A DNA stretch of 64,000 nucleotides from Gemmatimonadota bacterium (GTDB taxonomy: Bacteria; Gemmatimonadota; Gemmatimonadetes; Gemmatimonadales; Gemmatimonadaceae). The DNA lies in the NCBI GenBank assembly GCA_040389905.1, contig JAZJZK010000014.1, positions 96,001-160,000 on the forward strand. Direction: 5' to 3'. The notes beneath the pieces are model-generated. The model worked only from the letters and a program-made list of their open reading frames with translations. It was not told the origin of the DNA and did no database searches. Both the position numbers and the translations under genes were made by a program. Positions 59,660 through 64,000 of this stretch are shown one piece after another; position 1 is the stretch's first letter; each line of letters begins with the position of its first letter.

Positions 59660-61177
59660 CTACTCCTCCAGCATTGCATCCAGCGTTTCAACCACCGCGT
59701 CCATCTCGGCCCAGAACGCGCGCCCGTTCGTCTCCCACGCCGCCCACGCCTGCGCCACGGTCTGCGTCTCTGCGGACGCCTCACCAGCATTGGCCGCCGC
59801 TCGTTTCACATATAAGGGAATCGAGAGACTCCAGTCCTGTGCCGCGATCTCGTCGATCGTCGCCAAGGTCGCAAAACCCGCCTCGCTCGCGAAGGCATGA
59901 TACGCGGCGACGATACGCGCCTGATGCTCCGGCTTGAGGAAGCTCACCGCGCGCTCGCGCGTCACCTCGTTCAGCGCGTCGATGAGGAGGACCTTGCGTC
60001 GCCGCTGCTTCGGCTTGGTCGATCGACAGAAGACGACGCACGCCTCCATCGGCGAATTATAGAAGAGATTGGGGCCAAGTCCGAGCACGCAGTCCACGAG
60101 GTCTGCTTCGATGAGCTTGCGCCGAAGCTCGGCCTCTTCCTTCCGAAAGAGCACGCCATGCGGGAAGAGGACCGCACAGCGGCCGGTCTTGGGGTCCATG
60201 CTCTTGAGGATGTGCTGAAAGAACGCGTAGTCTGCGCGACCCTGCGGTGGCGTGCCGAGGAAGTTCCGGCCCCACGGATCGCTCGCCCACGCTTCGCGAT
60301 TCCATTGCTTGATCGAGTACGGCGGATTGGCGAGCACGACGTCGAAGGTCTTCAGCGCATCGTCCTCGACGAACGCCGGGGAAGCGAGCGTGTCGCCGCG
60401 CGCGATCTCTGAATCCTCCACGCCGTGCAGCACGAGATTCATGCGTGCAATCGACGCCGTCATGTGATTGCGCTCCTGACCGTACAACTTGAGCGTGCGA
60501 TGCTCCCCGCCCTTTCGTTTCACCTCATCGAGCGCCGAGATGAGCATGCCACCCGTGCCACAGGTGGGATCGTAGATGCGCTCGCCCGGCTTGGGATCGA
60601 GCATCTGTACCATCAGGTGCACGACGGTGCGGTTGGTGTAAAACTCCTGCGCGGTGTGACCGCTGTCGTCGGCGAACTTCTTGATCAGGAACTCGTAGCC
60701 GTTGCCCAGTTCGTCTTCCGGAACGTTCGCGAGCGAGAGCGTCTGACTCGAGACGTGTTCGAGGAGGTTCTTCAGCGTCGCATCGGGCAGCCGTTCCTTG
60801 TTCGTCCACTGTGCGTCGCCGAAGATGCCGTCGAGGCGGCCGGGGTTCGCGGCTTCCGTCGCGCGCATCGCCGATTGCAGCGCGCGCCCGACATCTTTGG
60901 CACTCGCGCGCACGTCGTTCCAGTGTGCGCCTTCGGGGATGACGAACCGATCGTTCGCGGTCGCCGACGCGTAGCCTGTGTCGTTCGATTCCGCGAACGC
61001 CGAGGCGTAGTCTCCGTCCCAGACGTCAGAGAGGCGTTTGTAGAAGAGCAGCGGAAAGACGAATTGCTTGTAGTCGCCGGCGTCGACGAGTCCGCGAAGA
61101 ATGACGGCGGCGCCCCAAAGGTACGACTCGAGTTCTTGCTGGTTCATGCGACGGGGAGGGAGCGTGGCGTCTGTCAC
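59660..61177 (-). CDS. hsdM: Type I methyltransferase subunit M2 (NPPY; predicted m4C)
   Basis: LESYLWGAA; EFYT; YDPTCGTGGML; ANPPY; GTG overlaps the upstream stop (GTGA). Confidence 0.93.
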   Translation of the reverse strand: MTDATLPPRRMNQQELESYLWGAAVILRGLVDAGDYKQFVFPLLFYKRLSDVWDGDYASAFAESNDTGYASATANDRFVIPEGAHWNDVRASAKDVGRALQSAMRATEAANPGRLDGIFGDAQWTNKERLPDATLKNLLEHVSSQTLSLANVPEDELGNGYEFLIKKFADDSGHTAQEFYTNRTVVHLMVQMLDPKPGERIYDPTCGTGGMLISALDEVKRKGGEHRTLKLYGQERNHMTASIARMNLVLHGVEDSEIARGDTLASPAFVEDDALKTFDVVLANPPYSIKQWNREAWASDPWGRNFLGTPPQGRADYAFFQHILKSMDPKTGRCAVLFPHGVLFRKEEAELRRKLIEADLVDCVLGLGPNLFYNSPMEACVVFCRSTKPKQRRRKVLLIDALNEVTRERAVSFLKPEHQARIVAAYHAFASEAGFATLATIDEIAAQDWSLSIPLYVKRAAANAGEASAETQTVAQAWAAWETNGRAFWAEMDAVVETLDAMLEE

Positions 61178-62685
61178 TGAACCCACCCACCTTCGACCAT
61201 CACTCTTCGCAGCTCATCCTCTGCGTCCCGACACTTCGCCAGCGCGTCCTTGAATGCGGCGACCGCTTCCGGCAACGGCGGGATGTCCGCGCCAATGGGC
61301 GGTAGCACGTAGCGCGAGATGTTGAGCGTCCAGCCTTCTTTCTCGATCTCAGCGATGCCGACCACGCGCGCCTTATCCTCGACATCGCTGAACTGCTGGA
61401 CGAATGAGAGGATCTGCGAGCCATGCTCGCGCTCCATGAAGTTCTGGGCGCGTCCCTTCCGAAAGAGCGTCGACGCATCGACGACGAGCACCTTGCCCTT
61501 CCGCTTCGTTGGCTTCTTGCGTCGCAGCACGAGTACGCACGCGGCGAGACCGGTACCGTAGAACAGATTCGGCGCGAGCCCGATCACTGCTTCGATCAGA
61601 TCGCGTTCGATGAGATGCTTCCGGATCTGCCCTTCGACGCCACCGCGGAAGAGGGCACCCTGCGGCAGGACGACGGCCATACGTCCGGTGCGCGCAGCCA
61701 TGGACGTCACCATGTGTTGCACCCAGGCCATATCCGCGTTGCTATCGGTCGGGATGCCGGCGAAGGCGCGGCCCCACGGATCGCTTTCCCAGAGCTCGCG
61801 TCCCCACTGCGCGAGTGAAAACGGCGGGTTGGCGATGACCACATCAAAGGTCGCGAGACCGCCGGTGCTGGGATCGGTGAACACCGGATTGCGCAGCGTG
61901 TCCCCGCGCTCGATGACGAAATCCTCGATGCCGTGCAGGAAGAGATTCATCCGCGCGACGGCAGCGGTCGTCAGGTTCTTCTCCTGTCCGTGGAGCTTGC
62001 CGAAGAATGTCCGCGGATCTCCACCGCCCTCGCGGCAGTGCGCGACGGCGGCGAGCAACATGCCTCCGGTTCCGCAGGCGGGATCGTAGATGGTCTCGCC
62101 TTCCTTCGGGTCGAGAATGTCGACCATGAGTCGCACGACACTGCGCGGCGTATAGAATTCGCCGGCTTTCTTGTTCGTGGCGTCGGCGAACTGCTTGATG
62201 AGGTATTCATACGCGTCACCCATAACGTCGGACGCGACACGGTCATTGCCAAGCGAGAGCGCCGAGAAGTGCTCGATCAGATCCTTGAGAAGTTCGTCGG
62301 GGAGGCGGTCTTTGTTAGTCCACTGCGCGTCACCGAAAACCCCATACAGGTGCGCCTGGTTCGCGGCCTCGACGCAGCGCATGGCGTTGGCGAGTGCAGT
62401 GCCGACGTTCTTCGACGCACTCCGGACGCTGTGCCAGTGACAGCCAACGGGCACCTGAAAGCGGTGCTCGTCGGCGAAGTCCTCCCCGTACTCGGCGAGC
62501 ATCGCCGCATGCTCTTCATCCCACACATCGCAGACGCGCTTGAAGAACAGCAACGGCAGGATATAGGACTTCCAATCTGCGCGATCGACGGGACTACCAC
62601 GGAGAATGTTCGCCGCTTCCCACAGGTGAGACTCGAGGTCGGCTGCACTAATTGGGAGGGGCGGCGACAAATGTTGGCTGGTCAC
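61174..62685 (-). CDS. hsdM: Type I methyltransferase subunit M1 (NPPF; predicted m6A)
   Basis: LESHLWEAANILRG; GEFYTP; YDPACGTGGML; ANPPF. Confidence 0.93.
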   Translation of the reverse strand: MTSQHLSPPLPISAADLESHLWEAANILRGSPVDRADWKSYILPLLFFKRVCDVWDEEHAAMLAEYGEDFADEHRFQVPVGCHWHSVRSASKNVGTALANAMRCVEAANQAHLYGVFGDAQWTNKDRLPDELLKDLIEHFSALSLGNDRVASDVMGDAYEYLIKQFADATNKKAGEFYTPRSVVRLMVDILDPKEGETIYDPACGTGGMLLAAVAHCREGGGDPRTFFGKLHGQEKNLTTAAVARMNLFLHGIEDFVIERGDTLRNPVFTDPSTGGLATFDVVIANPPFSLAQWGRELWESDPWGRAFAGIPTDSNADMAWVQHMVTSMAARTGRMAVVLPQGALFRGGVEGQIRKHLIERDLIEAVIGLAPNLFYGTGLAACVLVLRRKKPTKRKGKVLVVDASTLFRKGRAQNFMEREHGSQILSFVQQFSDVEDKARVVGIAEIEKEGWTLNISRYVLPPIGADIPPLPEAVAAFKDALAKCRDAEDELRRVMVEGGWVQ

Positions 62686-63049
62686 GAGAGAGGCCGATCT
62701 GAAGAAGCTGGCACAGAATGTAACACCGAACTCCTACGGTGCTGGGTGTCCGCGCGCGCACCTTGGTCGCAATGCTTCCTATTGGCTTCCACAGTGACAT
62801 GTTGATCGCGGCGGGGGTGCGGCCCACATTCCAGGAAGATCTCCGCGGCGCGGCGGACGCGCTGGAGGCCGCATCCAACATCCAGAATTGAATCAAATCG
62901 GACGGCCGCCTCGCAATGCCCATCCGTCGCTCTCAAGGAACATTCAGGCGCGCTCGAGCACGGTGTTCGAGAGGCGGCACGCGGTGCCACGGTTTTTCAG
63001 GACTCGTGACCCGGTAGCAATTTACTCGCCTCCACCCACATCAGGCGTC

Positions 63050-64000
63050 ATGCCAACTTATTGCCATCTCCGTCTCACCTGCACTGCTGTCCTGCTGCTC
63101 ATGTCGACTCCCCGGCATGTGACGGCGCAGGAATACATCGGCAGATGGGCCGGCCGAGCTACACAATCTGGCCAATCGTTCGCGGTGACGATGACGCTGG
63201 AACGAACGGCGGGGAGCATAAACTATCCATCGGCAGGTTGCGGCGGGACTCTCACGCTGAAGGAACGCCGGGATGGACGCGACATCTTCAGCGAGAACTT
63301 GACGTACGGCGCGGCGAAATGCATGACCGGCCTACTCGTCCGTGTCCTCGCGAAGGGAGCCACTCTCGAGTGGGAAGAGATAACTCGGGATGGCGGTGTA
63401 GTCGCTACGGCACGGCTCGCACGGCAGGCGTCGCCGGACGTCACCGACGTCCAGCCGCTCGCAGGCGACCGATCGGGCCAGGTAGCCACGCGTGCGACGC
63501 AGGACGCTGGAAAGCTCAGGACGCTCAGCACACCTGACATCGTTCAAGTCGTTCCGTACCGCTCGCTGTACCCGGGCAAGCAACCGTGCGATGAGATCAT
63601 CGATCTCGCGCCGGATCATGTCGGCGTCATTACAATCGTTCTTCCATCCAGTGGCAGCAGCCTGCGGGCGCGCATTTTCTCGGACGCAGCCCATACGCGG
63701 CTCTTGGACATCAACCCGTCGAACGGAACATCGACGCGTGTCTGGGTGATTCCGGCAGGTCAAGTGTACAGACGGCTCTACATGGACGTTGCCTCCTCAT
63801 CCGGCGCGCCAGCGACCTATGAGATCTATGCCCACAGCTTCAATGCTCGCGAACAGCTTCAGAAGGCAATGCTGCAGACGTTTGGCGCGCAGATCCTCGC
63901 CTGGTGGATGACGAGCGGCGACAAGCCGGCGAGTACCAGTACCGAAGCGGCCGCCGGAGCTGTCGCCACTGCTGTCGTGTCGCTGCTGTCGGGCGCGGAC
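63050..64000 (+). CDS. Secreted hypothetical protein, 3'-partial (absent from the ORF track)
   Basis: Manual translation is open for 317 codons to the window end: MPTYCHLRLTCTAVLLLMST...GRWAG...INYPSAGCGGTL...ENLTYGAAKC. Confidence 0.65.
   Translation, partial: MPTYCHLRLTCTAVLLLMSTPRHVTAQEYIGRWAGRATQSGQSFAVTMTLERTAGSINYPSAGCGGTLTLKERRDGRDIFSENLTYGAAKCMTGLLVRVLAKGATLEWEEITRDGGVVATARLARQASPDVTDVQPLAGDRSGQVATRATQDAGKLRTLSTPDIVQVVPYRSLYPGKQPCDEIIDLAPDHVGVITIVLPSSGSSLRARIFSDAAHTRLLDINPSNGTSTRVWVIPAGQVYRRLYMDVASSSGAPATYEIYAHSFNAREQLQKAMLQTFGAQILAWWMTSGDKPASTSTEAAAGAVATAVVSLLSGAD

Overview
GC-rich bacterial chromosomal window. Gene content (PadR plus duplicated ADOP-type permease, large outer-membrane protein, many two-component genes) suggests Gemmatimonadota or a similar soil/freshwater lineage, but this is inference. 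No rRNA, tRNA or CRISPR array is supportable. 1-26.5 kb holds regulators, two-component systems, a K+ channel, redox enzymes and a c-di-GMP signalling cluster followed by an unusual aldo-keto reductase/P-loop kinase/HAD fusion. The most novel feature is a tightly coupled four-gene minus-strand operon at 26.9-34.6 kb. It encodes an 818-aa pentapeptide-repeat protein, a 142-aa stand-alone paralogue of that protein's N-terminal domain, a ParB/Srx-like enzyme (DGYHR), and a 1323-aa protein with a hydrophobic helical block and an NHL-type propeller. The two large proteins share about five copies of a ~70-aa module, one nested inside another, and the operon is preceded by a structured non-coding leader. 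35-52 kb has a tandem double LysR, an ECF sigma/anti-sigma pair, a 21-nt-periodic non-coding tract, an orphan mrdA and an IS66 remnant truncating a gene. 54-62.7 kb is a Type I R-M system with two HsdM genes (NPPF plus NPPY, predicted m6A/m4C) and an embedded HigB/HigA-ImmA module. All calls come from motif recognition by eye; no searches were run.
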